Below, in pieces: positions 1-42,540 of a stretch of DNA of 64,000 nucleotides. Both the position numbers and the translations under genes were made by a program. Each line of letters opens with the position of its first letter. The stretch's first letter is position 1. The DNA is from Tubiluchus corallicola (Eukaryota; Animalia; Priapulida). The notes below the pieces were generated by a model. The model had not been told where the DNA came from. It saw nothing but the letters and a program-made list of their open reading frames with translations, and did no database searches. The DNA is taken from positions 62,001-126,000 of the forward strand of contig JAQGDQ010000180.1 of assembly GCA_030141605.1 (NCBI GenBank), written 5' to 3'.

Positions 1-699
1 TGACTCAGAGAAGTGGGACAATTGTAATAGAATGTAATTGTAATTGAATTGTAATTGTAATCGTAATATGATAGTGGGGTAATTGTAACGACTTACTCTT
101 ATTGCGATTTCTTGAACTGGACATGCTTAACGCAAGATACACAAAAAAATATTAGAAGCTGATTCAACCTGGATTTGAATGATGACGACATTACGTACGA
201 TTTCAGTCTAATTAGCCAAACGTAAATGTAAAAAACATCATTTTAAGAAGCTGCCATTGAAAAACTTACAAAAGGTTTCAAGTGTGCAGTATTGTGTCAG
301 CAGGATGTCATACTTTATCCGCAAAAACTTGAAGCAGTTCATGTCTATCCACTGTGACTTACAACCGCCACAATGGAAAACATCTGTCATTCACAATAAC
401 AGAGTATAGTATCACAAGAAATGCGAAGTAAAAATTTTATGGAGACTCGTTAGTAAACAATTAATCCTCAAGACAGAAATCATTAAATAATATGGTAAAT
501 ATTTACATTGACGCAATCGTCCAACTTAAAATAATAGGCCACAAAAAAAAATCACAATTAACGTGGGTAGTTAGCACTTATCTCCACCACACAAGATTAT
601 CTAAACCCTCATGCCTCCACCATGAACTAACACACACACAAAATTATGCATTTGATCGTTGGCATCTCTTAGACAATAAGGCTTTTCACAGCTTCGTTG

Positions 700-1062
700 T
701 GCGCACGCACACTTGCTGTAGGTCAAAGGTTAGTGTACCATAGCAACCATCTTAACTACAACCATCATGAGATGTGTGTGTGTAAAGCAAAGCCGTCTGG
801 CATGTCAGTTCAGTAACATCAGTTATTTTACGTGGACCTTATTTAATTATGCATTAGTCAGTATGTAGAGTGATTTACTAGCACGACCCTGCTTGGGAAC
901 AAGAAAAAATGAACTAGGTAAGATTCTAGCTAGCTGTTAAAACTGTTACTATTACAATAGCATGGGCTGTGAGGCGTTGTCAGGTGTACACAAGTGCATT
1001 GCCTGGTACACTTGACATTTGACCTTTTACGATCATCATCAATCGCTGAAACTGTGAAAAGG
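700..1062 (+). mobile_element. dispersed ~350 bp repeat family A (MITE-like), copy 1
   Basis: Similar to 27750-28090 (same strand) and 58648-59010 (inverted); subterminal inverted repeats ggtcaaaggttagtgtacca / tggtacacttgacatttgacc. Confidence 0.8.
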
Positions 1063-1068
1063 TTTATT
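1063..1068 (-). terminator. candidate poly(A) signal AATAAA of TXNDC5-like gene
   Basis: tttatt on + strand about 100 nt past the stop codon. Confidence 0.5.
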
Positions 1069-1168
1069 AATTCAAGCAGAAGATCTGTAGCCATTACTCA
1101 GCGCTAGTTGCAAAATCCCGAGCGAGGTCAGTTTAGTTTAGGAATGCGACTGAGTTTTGTTTCTTTGT

Positions 1169-33290
<32,122 letters not shown>

Positions 33291-33740
33291 AATTAATGCA
33301 GTTAAGACTTCGGAGCTACAGTATTTGAAATACTGTAGATGCGTCCTTCTATGTATCCAGTATCCACGTGTGAAGCGAGATACTAAAGGGAAACCGGAAC
33401 TTGGAGCAGCTTATTACACTTGCTCATAACGACGAGGTTTTAATTACATTTGATTTGCTAAAATCTGAAAAGAGATAATGGCAAAGAAATAAAATTATAC
33501 ACTTTTTTAATATAAATATAAATGTTTAAATAAAACGGGTTTATGCAAATTTTTTCTACAACTGCACGTTTTTCAGTGTTTTAATAACTTTTTGGTGCCA
33601 TAGATGCCAGCACAACAGCCTCAGTTTGGTTCTCTATCCTCTTACATTTTCATGGTGAAATAAGGTACATCGTTCTTTGATAGCTAAGGCCAAATCGGCG
33701 ACGTGTACTTTTATTTTCCAACTAAATACTGTTAAGAAAG
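33291..33740. promoter_or_regulatory. bidirectional promoter and 5' UTRs shared by TXNDC5-like and RPLP1
   Basis: Divergent ATGs 450 bp apart; CCACGTG at 33364-33370, CCGGAA at 33394-33399, ATGCAAAT at 33543-33550, pyrimidine tract (TCT/TOP-like start) about 33630-33650. Confidence 0.75.
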
Positions 33741-33812
33741 ATGACTACAAAAGACGAACTTGCGTGTGTTTACGCCGCTCTAATTTTGGCTGATGATAAC
33801 ATCGAAATTACG
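33741..33812 (+). CDS. RPLP1: RPLP1 exon 1
   Basis: [24 protein letters not shown]|gtaaga. Confidence 0.95.
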
Positions 33813-36800
33813 GTAAGAATCACTCAGAATAAATTGTACTTAGCAATGGTAACATGGCTGTGCTTTTTCATTTCATACGCTATAGGATAAGGTATAATAT
33901 GATCTGAAAGTATAATATACTACTACCTTCGTTATCTCATCTCAGAGGCTTAATTTTGGTAATGAGGTAGGGTTCGCAGCAGTTAGTAAATAGTAACCTG
34001 TTGATATAATTTATTATTATAGCGTCACATATATTCTTAATATAAATTTATGCTTTATATATATATATATATATATATATATGATTTGGCTGGCAGGTTA
34101 CTTTGCCAAAACAACATAACATATGAGAGAGGTTTTCACTCTTCATCTTCTTTTTCATCACATCTTTGACTGCACATTCTCAGCCCTCATAAGTTCATTA
34201 TTCACTTTAGTTCATTGTCCGTAATGTTTTTTATTTGTGCTAGTATGTTGTCCTTTTCACTGTACTTATCACACTATGTTTCTAGAGCAATCTGTGCGGA
34301 TCATTTTGACTCATTTTATTTACCACACTTTGTATTTGATTTTGTTAAAACCTGTCTTAATGCTTGAATCTTTTAAACCTTCTACAGTCATTAGTTATAA
34401 TTGTGTATGCCCTGTCGTATATCCTGACAAATAGATGCATTGGTGTGACAAAGCAAACTGTTTGGAATATGCTGTTGTTGTATGGTAGCTTGAGTACATT
34501 ACATGCATTCAGAGCCAACAAGCAAATCAGAAACATTGTCTCCGTTTATTGACTTACCGTCTGCGTTTTCATTAGAATAGAGATGTAATGCGTTGAATCG
34601 ATTTAGTACAGTAGTTACCAATATTTTTATTTTTGGCCCATAGTCCAGTCTATTTTCAGTCAATTTTTCTATCTTGAACAGTTTTGACAATAAACAGTTT
34701 TTAATGACAAGTACACAAATTAGTTACTGTTAATAACATCATTCGTCTGTAAAGTCTTGCATTGGCAACATCAAACATATCTCTACACCAGGGATGTGCC
34801 GATATGGGAAGGTGTGTCCCTGATCCGATACGGATTATTTTTACCCATTGCAGATGGCCAATCCGATCTGTTCTCCTATCCGATATCAGACCAAACGTGA
34901 TATGATTGTATTATAACTGCTACAACAGTAACTACTGCTTATGTTGCAAATGTGTAGTCAAAATAAAATATAATTATGACATATTTGTCCTTCTGTAAAA
35001 ATACTAATTGTTACTAGTTTTCGGTACTTAAATTGATGTTTATCGCTATTGTTTTATGAAGAATACCTTTAGTTTATCTTTGTTGGGATTAGCATTGGAT
35101 AATTTACTCAGTGACATATTTCACTTCCAATAACATTTGGGTTTTTAATCACATATAAAATCAACTCGCGGTGAAGAAAATAACTAGCAACAATGTTTCG
35201 TGTAAAATTGCAGACGCGAAAGAAACAGGTGTTAGCTTCGTAACAGCATAACAGGTACAAAGCTTGAAGTTGATGCACATGTGCTTTAGTTAAGCTTAGT
35301 TTAGTACATTTTGCGCCTCAGCCTACACTTAAAAATGGTGAAAATTAAATAGAATTTTTGAAGAAACTGTTCAGATTAATGGCCATAAAATCGCATGCAT
35401 TAGGCACTAGTAACATAAATGCTCAGTCAAAGTTTACTTTAGGTGTGTTTAAAGTGAAAATTTACCTTAGAGGAAAATTTGAACATCGGTGTTGCTTTTG
35501 CCGATACTGGTACATTATCGGCCCGATCTCCGATCTGTTACTATGTGCTAGTTTGCTTGCCGATTTCCGTCCTCAAAGCACGGAACAGTAGGTATACTTT
35601 TCACATTTTAATAAATATTATTGAATTGAATTTTGCAGAGTGCAAAGCTGGAGACTATTATTAAAGCAGCAGGAGTCGATGTTGAACCTCTTTGGCCAAG
35701 TGAGTTGTTTTTCATTTTTTTGTTTTTAGTTTATAAAGCTGTACCTTTTAAAAGCAATTTTTAGTAAAATATGTTTTTCTGTTTGTAATGTTTTTAACTT
35801 ATTTGTGTAATTTTTTACTCAACTTGTTTTTATATACGTTTCTGCAAATTGCGTTAATAGGTAATTGAATTTTTTATTACGTTAAATAATGTGTTTTATT
35901 ACATTAATAGTGTTTTATTACATTAATGTACTTTATTACATTAATACGTTTTATTACATCAATGTGTTTTATTACATTAATAGTGTTTTATTACATTAAT
36001 GCATATTATTACATTAATGTGCTTTATTACATTAATAGTGTTTTATTACATTAATGTGTTTTAGTTTCATTATGAACTGCGCTAAACTAAGGCTGTAATT
36101 GGGAAATGTGATGAATGATGTGATCATGTGATAGGTACCTTGTCATACTGTCAACCTCAGATATAAGGGACACCTCGGGACTCGAAAAAATCGTCCTTTA
36201 TATCCGATGTTCCTTATAAGCGAAGTTCAGTCAGACCGAGGGTGTATCAAGATCTGTACTTTTCTGTACTTTTACCCATATTTTTATGGATTATTGCTAC
36301 TCATTCAGTGCAAATAGTATGTAGGAAGCTCCTTCAGTGATGCGAGATGTATGGGACCGCGGAAACTGAGCTGTTCGAAGGTCGAGTTTGCGAAAAATTG
36401 AGGTTAAAAATCGATCAATTTTGCTTTGATCATAGGGGTCCCCCTGGGTTTCTATTACGCGAGACCTGAAGATATCATCCCTTATAACCGAAAGTACCTT
36501 ATATACGAAGATTTTTACATAGGAAAAACGTCACGAAAAATCGGGACCTGTGTTGGTGGTCCACTATAAGCGAGTGTCCTTTATAAGTGAGCACCGTATA
36601 CCCGAGGTTGACTGTATTTGCAAAAATTTGTCCTGAAATGCAAACATTTGTTTATTACAACAAAACGTGTTGTCTTTTCTATTCTACATTATATATGTTT
36701 CTGTACATAAAACAAAAATTAAAAGGTATGAACAAGTCTGCAGACTACTATTTAATCGAGCCAACTTACGAACATAGTGAATTAATGGCTTTTAAATATT

Positions 36801-39460
36801 CAGTTATAAATTCATAGCCCTACTGTCATAAATTTGTATGGTCTGTGATTCATATGTGGCGTATTTTCAGACTTGTTTGCAAAAGCACTGGAGTCGGTCA
36901 ATGTGAGAGACTTGATAACGAACGTGTCCAGTGCTGCTCCAGTGGCCGCCGCCGGACCTGCCGTTACAGCTGGAGGTGGTGAAGCAGCAGAAGAGGGTGA
37001 GTTAATTATTAATAAAAAAACCCATTTTTGATAGAGAAAGTAATCACAAAGATCAGATTCTGTCATGGCCGTGCAGTGTTCATTGAAGATTATGTTTCTT
37101 TCAAGGAATAGACTCACATCTCGGTTTACCGCACCTCGTTTTTATGGACATCGGAAAAATCAGATAAAATCTGAAACGTTAAAAGTCCCGCGTACTACTG
37201 ACACAGTCCGTTGCTTCGCGAGCTGACCACTGGTTGGCAGGTCATCACTTTGTTTACATCTTTACGTCAGTGCGACCATACAGCGCATAGCTTGTACGTC
37301 AGGAGCGGGCCCGTACTAGACGTTTTTGAGCCAATTAGGCGATTGATTCTACATTACTGTGAGTCTAATACACTGCATTTACCGTATTAGTTTGGTATCG
37401 GCAAATTCAGACCGACATCTCCCTGCTTTTGTCCGACAAACCGAGATATGATTGCATGGGTGAGGCTGTTTGTGTCCTTTGTTTTTTTTTAGTTCATCGT
37501 ATCCATAAAAATCAAATTCTGTCATGGCTGTCCAGTGTTCATCTAAAATTACGTTGCTTTCAAGGAATATTGGTGAGGCTGTTTGTATCCCTTGACATCG
37601 TCCTATTTTTCAATAAAGCACCAATAAAGCACCAAAACCTTGTTGTAAATTTCGTGAACTAAAAATGTCTTTTTAAGTAGTTGTTATTGCCCTGTGGTTA
37701 TAAAAATGAATCAGCAATGAAATTTGAATGGTCACAGTGACACAGAACGTTTTGCCATTTGATGGCATAATAAATTGCTTAGAGACTGGATGTGATTGTT
37801 TTTGTAGAAAAGAAAGAGGCAGCACCTGTCGAAGAAGAAGAAGAGTCAGACGACGACATGGGCTTTGGTGAGTTAATAACTTTTCTCCGTGTAAGCACAG
37901 CATTGTGTTTGAATTAGATGTTGTTCATATATATATCATTTTTATTTGTACTAGTGGTACAATCACATCAAATAAACAAACAGATCAACAAGCGAAATAA
38001 TATTAATTAACAAGATTAGTAAGCACCGTGAATATAAGCAATTAAGTGAGAGTAAGTATGTTAGCACGGCGTACGCCTCATTCCTGTCAAAAAATCAAAA
38101 CAATTATGTTCTAGAGCCCATATAACTTCTTTAGTGAAATTTACACTCCGTATTTCTTCATCACTAGCATTACCTCTTACCTCTAATATAATTTATGTAA
38201 TTTAGCTTTTAAAAAGCTAGAAAACTCTCGGTTAAAGGGTTTTGCTTCATTGTCTGGTTATCGGCATTTATTGCGAGTCATTTTAGCAGCTGTTATATCT
38301 GATGTATATAATAGATTTGTCAGCATCCTGATAATTCCAATTGGAATATAGTAAACTACGTATAACTCGAACACTTCGGACCGGAAAATTTGCGTACGAG
38401 TTGGACAATGTTCATAAGAAAACAAGATTGAGTCACTCATCAACATGACTAAGTTGCGGGGACAATACACTAGTAATGCTACAGCATGTAAAAATGACAA
38501 ACTGAGGTTTTAATAAAACATCAAACAACAGTTTTTATGAATAATCAAAAATAAAATGACTGGTCTACCTCCATTGTAGTCGGAATAACATGGCTAATGG
38601 AATTCTGCAATAATAATATTGTGATCTAGTTATTAAACCACGCTCATTAAGCCATGTTGTGTTCAGTGTTCTGCTAAGGTAATACAAGAAATCTTAGCAT
38701 TTTTTACTGAAACTAGCAGTTAAAATCGCAATGTGGTGCACACGCTTTCACATGGATTTCTCGCTTGAGAGATTGTTTGAGATAGGCGAGGTCATTTCAA
38801 TCAGATTCTTAAAATCTGTACCAGGAATTCAGTTTGAGCTATGCGATGTTTATAAAAGTGAAGGGGAAGATAACGGCCACGAGATCTATTCGAGATGTGC
38901 AAGAATTCGAGTTATAACAGGTGCAGTTATACGTAGTTTACTGTACTTGACAATTGTTTGTTAGTAAAACGTTATTTACAAAAACTAATTCTACGAATTT
39001 TTCAACAAATTCTTGAAATGCGAACATAAGAAGTTGAAAATTTAACCTTTTTCTACATGCTTTTTATATATTATTTTTGTATTTTTTCAGTTTCTAGTGC
39101 TGCATCATTTGAAAAATTTCTTGTAATCATTGAATGCGAACGAGTTTCTACTCTAACTACTAGATGGCAGCACTCAATGATTTGAGCATTGAAAATACTT
39201 ATTCATGCTGACTTATTTCGTAAGCTATTCAATTTAAAGGATGTGCTGCTGGAACGAATTTTGATTGTAACCTAAAAAATTTAAGCATGTAGTATGTCAT
39301 GATTGGCTTGATGTGTATATACTCAGTAAGTAATAAGACTAGTAAGACTGCAAACATACTCTTCATGGGTAAGTCGTGTCGTACTTTTGTTTATGTTAAA
39401 GTTCCCCTGCTTAATTTTGTGTCTAATATACTTTTTTATTTTTCAGGTCTTTTCGACTAA
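33741..39460 (+). CDS. RPLP1: 60S acidic ribosomal protein P1 (5 exons, 110 aa)
   Basis: Exons 33741-33812, 35639-35699, 36871-36996, 37808-37867, 39447-39460 (333 nt, all GT-AG) give [110 protein letters not shown]. Confidence 0.97.
35639..35699 (+). CDS. RPLP1: RPLP1 exon 2
   Basis: ttttgcag|[20 protein letters not shown]|gtgagt. Confidence 0.93.
35870..36062. repeat. ~20-bp AT-rich minisatellite
   Basis: unit tttattacattaat(a)gtg. Confidence 0.85.
36148..36614. mobile_element. MITE family D, copy 2 (RPLP1 intron 2)
   Basis: TA|CTGTCAACCTC ... CCGAGGTTGACTG|TA. Confidence 0.8.
36871..36996 (+). CDS. RPLP1: RPLP1 exon 3
   Basis: ttttcag|(N)[41 protein letters not shown]|gtgagt. Confidence 0.94.
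37113..37456. mobile_element. MITE inserted in a duplicated RPLP1 intron-3 segment
   Basis: tcacatctcggttt ... aaaccgagatatga inverted ends; the flanks rejoin to match the uninterrupted copy at 37510-37600. Confidence 0.65.
37808..37867 (+). CDS. RPLP1: RPLP1 exon 4
   Basis: tttgtag|(E)[19 protein letters not shown]|gtgagt. Confidence 0.94.
38349..38943. mobile_element. Tc1/mariner-type MITE (RPLP1 intron 4)
   Basis: TA|TAGTAAACTACGTATAAC ... GTTATACGTAGTTTACTG|TA. Confidence 0.8.
39447..39460 (+). CDS. RPLP1: RPLP1 exon 5 coding part
   Basis: tttttcag|GT CTT TTC GAC TAA completes GLFD*. Confidence 0.93.
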
Positions 39461-39527
39461 ATGGCTGAGGAATAAGCAACAAATCATGCAAGTTAGGAAA
39501 ACAGCTAACATTGTTTACCATTGTAAG

Positions 39528-39533
39528 ATTAAA
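39528..39533 (+). terminator. candidate poly(A) signal ATTAAA of RPLP1
   Basis: About 70 nt after the stop, followed by GT/T-rich tract at about 39558-39585. Confidence 0.55.
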
Positions 39534-39617
39534 ATAATACATAAAAGAGTGAAACCCTGTTGTTCTTGTTTTGCATTTTTATTTTTCATAAAACAATGTG
39601 TTGGGATACAAGCCGTG

Positions 39618-40482
39618 TCATTGTATTGTCTGTATTCAGACAAGTTCCTCGTTTAATGTCACTGTTCATTGTATTGTCTGTATTCAGATAAGTTCCTCCT
39701 TTAATGTCATTGTTCATTGTACATGTATTGTCTGTATTCAGACAAGTTCCTCCTTTAATGTCACTGTTCATTGTATTGTCTGTATTCAGACAAGTGTCTC
39801 GTTTAATGTCACTGTTGATTGTATTGCATGTATTCACACAAGTTCCTCGTTTAATGTCACTGTTCGTTGCATTGTCTGTATTCTGACAAGTTCCTCGTTT
39901 AATGTCACTGTTCCTTGTATTGTCTGTATTCAGACAAGTTCCTCGTTTAATGTCACTGTTCGGTGTATTGTCTGTATTCAGACAAGTTCCTCGTTTAATG
40001 TCACTGTTCGTTGTATTACCTGTATTCAGACAAGTTCCTCGTTTAATGTCACTGTTCCTTGTATTGTCTGTATTCAGACAAGTTCCTCGTTTAATGTCAC
40101 TGTTCGTAGTATTACCTCAAGTTCCTCCTTTAATGTCACTGTTTGTTGCATTGTCTGTATTCTGACAAGTTCCTCGTTTAATGTCACTGTTCGTTGCATT
40201 GTCTGTATTCAGACAAGTTCCTCGTTTAATGTCTCTGTTCGTTGTATTGCCTGTGTTCAGACAAGTTCCTCGTTTAATGTCACTGTTCGTTGTATTGTCT
40301 GTATTCAGACAAGTTCCTTGTTTAATGTCACTGTTCGTTGTATTGTCTGTATTCAGACAAGTTCCTCGTTTAATGTCACTGTTGGTTGTATTGTCTGTAT
40401 TCAGACAAGTTCCTCGTTTAATGTCATTCAGACAAGTTCCTCATTTAATGTCATTCAGACAAGTTCCTCATTTAATGTCACT
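39618..40482. repeat. 48-bp minisatellite, about 18 copies
   Basis: unit ttgtattgtctgtattcagacaagttcctcgtttaatgtcactgttcg, ending in shortened units. Confidence 0.95.
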
Positions 40483-40539
40483 GAATATGGAGACCAGTGA
40501 CAGCTCATGTATAGGTACTGTGGAATTACAGCACCCTCT

Positions 40540-40782
40540 ATTTTCACTCAATATTATTCATAGTATTCAATATAATAAGTCTTTTTTCTTTAGCTCTTTC
40601 TTTATACTTATACGGAACCAGAGCATGTGAGGGTAGTACCGTCTGCTTCACACCCCAGCACAGTGCGCTCCAGCAGCGTGGTGTATGGCTGTTGTGCGCA
40701 TGCGGCCATGCGCACGTCTGAGCCCAGGTAGAGAAAGTACTGTCCCTCACATAGTTTGCTGTCAATTGTCACGTGCTTACCA
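40540..40782 (+). mobile_element. dispersed repeat family E, copy 1
   Basis: tattcaatataataagtcttttttctttag...caattgtcacgtg shared with 63608-63845. Confidence 0.75.
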
Positions 40783-41339
40783 TGAATGGATCAAGCTTGA
40801 ACTGCTACAATTTAGGTTATTAGTAAACAAAAATTGTTTAGGAAGTTTATGTTAAACTTTTGTACATTTGTTTGTTTAAAATTACAATTACGAATCACAA
40901 CATTAAAATTACATATGTTTATTTCGTTTTACACTGTATTAAAACAATGACTAAACATTTTCTGAAATAGCACTGCCATTAATTTTAGCTACAAGCTGCC
41001 GTTTGGCGGAGACAGCCCTTAATCAGTACGTTTGCTTTTAGGCAGCGAAAAAATTGCATGTGTTGAATGTTTGTATCACCTGACTGATGTTTTTTGACAA
41101 GGACAAAAATTTATATTTTCTTAAAAAATTGTAGCATTTCTGACACAAGGAGCACGTTGCTAACTCAGACAGAATATTTCAATCCTGTAAGTATTCCTGC
41201 GCTACCAAATTTCAGACAAAGACAGTTGTTACTAGTCTCTGAACTAATTTGTATAATTATCTTGCATGATATGACATGACAACCTGCTTATGTTACAATG
41301 CTAAGAACATTTCTTGCATGTTAATACTGAGAGTTTACC

Positions 41340-41770
41340 GCCATCATCTCTCGAGTCACGTGTCGTTTGACATGATCACTTTACTCCATGCTGCCCTGTC
41401 ACCCGCAACCTCCCATGTCTCTGTATTTTTTATACCTAATGGTGTGTTGATAAAATCTTTTTGGATGAAATTGACGTAAGTCAGCAGCTGTCCTCCTTGT
41501 GATCTCTTTTCTTTCTGCAGTGTTTCTTTGAAAGCTAACTTTAATGGAATGTCATCTGATAGTCGTATAACGTGTCCTATTCATCTTAATCTTCTTTTGA
41601 TTTTAACTGTCCATTCCTCTGCCTTGACTTTATTATACAGATCCTGGTTTTCTTTCGCCATTTTATGCCTAGAATGTTCTTGTAGTTTCTTCTTTGAAAT
41701 GCATCAATTTCTGTTTTGTGTTGTGCTTTGATTGTCCATAATTCTAAATTGTAGAGAAACAGTTTCCACG
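41340..41770 (-). mobile_element. RTE-type LINE 3' remnant
   Basis: minus-strand fragments IKRRLR*IGHVIR, KRSQGGQLLTYV, AGDRAAW match the RTE ORF C-terminal pattern (RRLRWxGHVxR ... A.DR..W). Confidence 0.65.
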
Positions 41771-42131
41771 AGTGCTTAACCGTATTGTCAAAAATAAAGT
41801 TCGTCTAGTAAGTCCCGCCATCTAGTGCACGTGAAAAGAATTAACGGTGCATGTGTGCGTCTTCTAAATTGCATTCGGCTAAGTTGGATAGTACTTTGGT
41901 TCTTGGTGCTTGTTCTTTTCGTCCATTAATTTTAAAGCTGACATAAACATCAGAGAGTGATTGAATAATACATGTACACACTTGGTGTGCGTCTAGTTTA
42001 TGTTCTAACTATGGTATTCATGAGTACCTTGGGTGATCACACCTAGGTATTCTTTTGTAAAAACTGTTTTAAGAAATTGATGCAATGCATTTAATTATGT
42101 CTCTAATCTCAGCTAGTTATAACATGGGAAG

Positions 42132-42540
42132 GGGGGCGTATCAAGACTTTACGACGTCCTAGACTGATAGTTCTGTCCCGCCTATTTCTATTGTGAATTT
42201 ATGATTGATTGTGTAATGAAGAAATTAAACAATTACTTGTGTATTAGAGATACTATTAACTTAGTTTCTACGTGGGCATTATAAGTTACATATATTTGCA
42301 TAGCGCTTATATTGAAGCAGGCTGCGCAACTGTTTGTGTAATACCTTGCACCTGTTTGTTACTTTGCACTTAGTAACTGCGCTTAGTAACTGCCTGTGGT
42401 GTGTTATAAATGTGCCCTTTACATGAATATGAAAATATACGCATTTTCTTAGGAGAATAAGAATTTTTTCTAAAATGTGACGCCCTCAAACTTTGGCACC
42501 CTAGGCTATAGCCTAATTAGCCTATTGGTTAATACCCCCA
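42132..42540 (+). mobile_element. hAT-like MITE family F (second copy 55422-55750)
   Basis: ggggcgtatcaagactttacgacgtcctagactgatagttct shared with 55422-55750. Confidence 0.7.

Noticed and set aside
33364-33370. Canonical ERSE/UPRE in the foldase promoter
   Set aside because: CCACG is present, but there is no CCAAT-N9 or ATTGG-N partner, and it reads CCACGTG rather than CCACGTCA.
33384-33400. Promoter sequence taaagggaaaccgga resembling the Kolobok-like TIR
   Set aside because: Short single match with no partner end or internal homology.
36107-36135. C-box-like GTGATGA in RPLP1 intron 2 (C/D snoRNA)
   Set aside because: No suitably placed CTGA D box or terminal stem; a MITE begins at 36148.
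39598-40630. 300-aa Cys-rich repetitive ORF and overlapping ORFs
   Set aside because: Translation of a 48-bp minisatellite; open frames arise because the unit is a multiple of 3. No splice context or unique domain.
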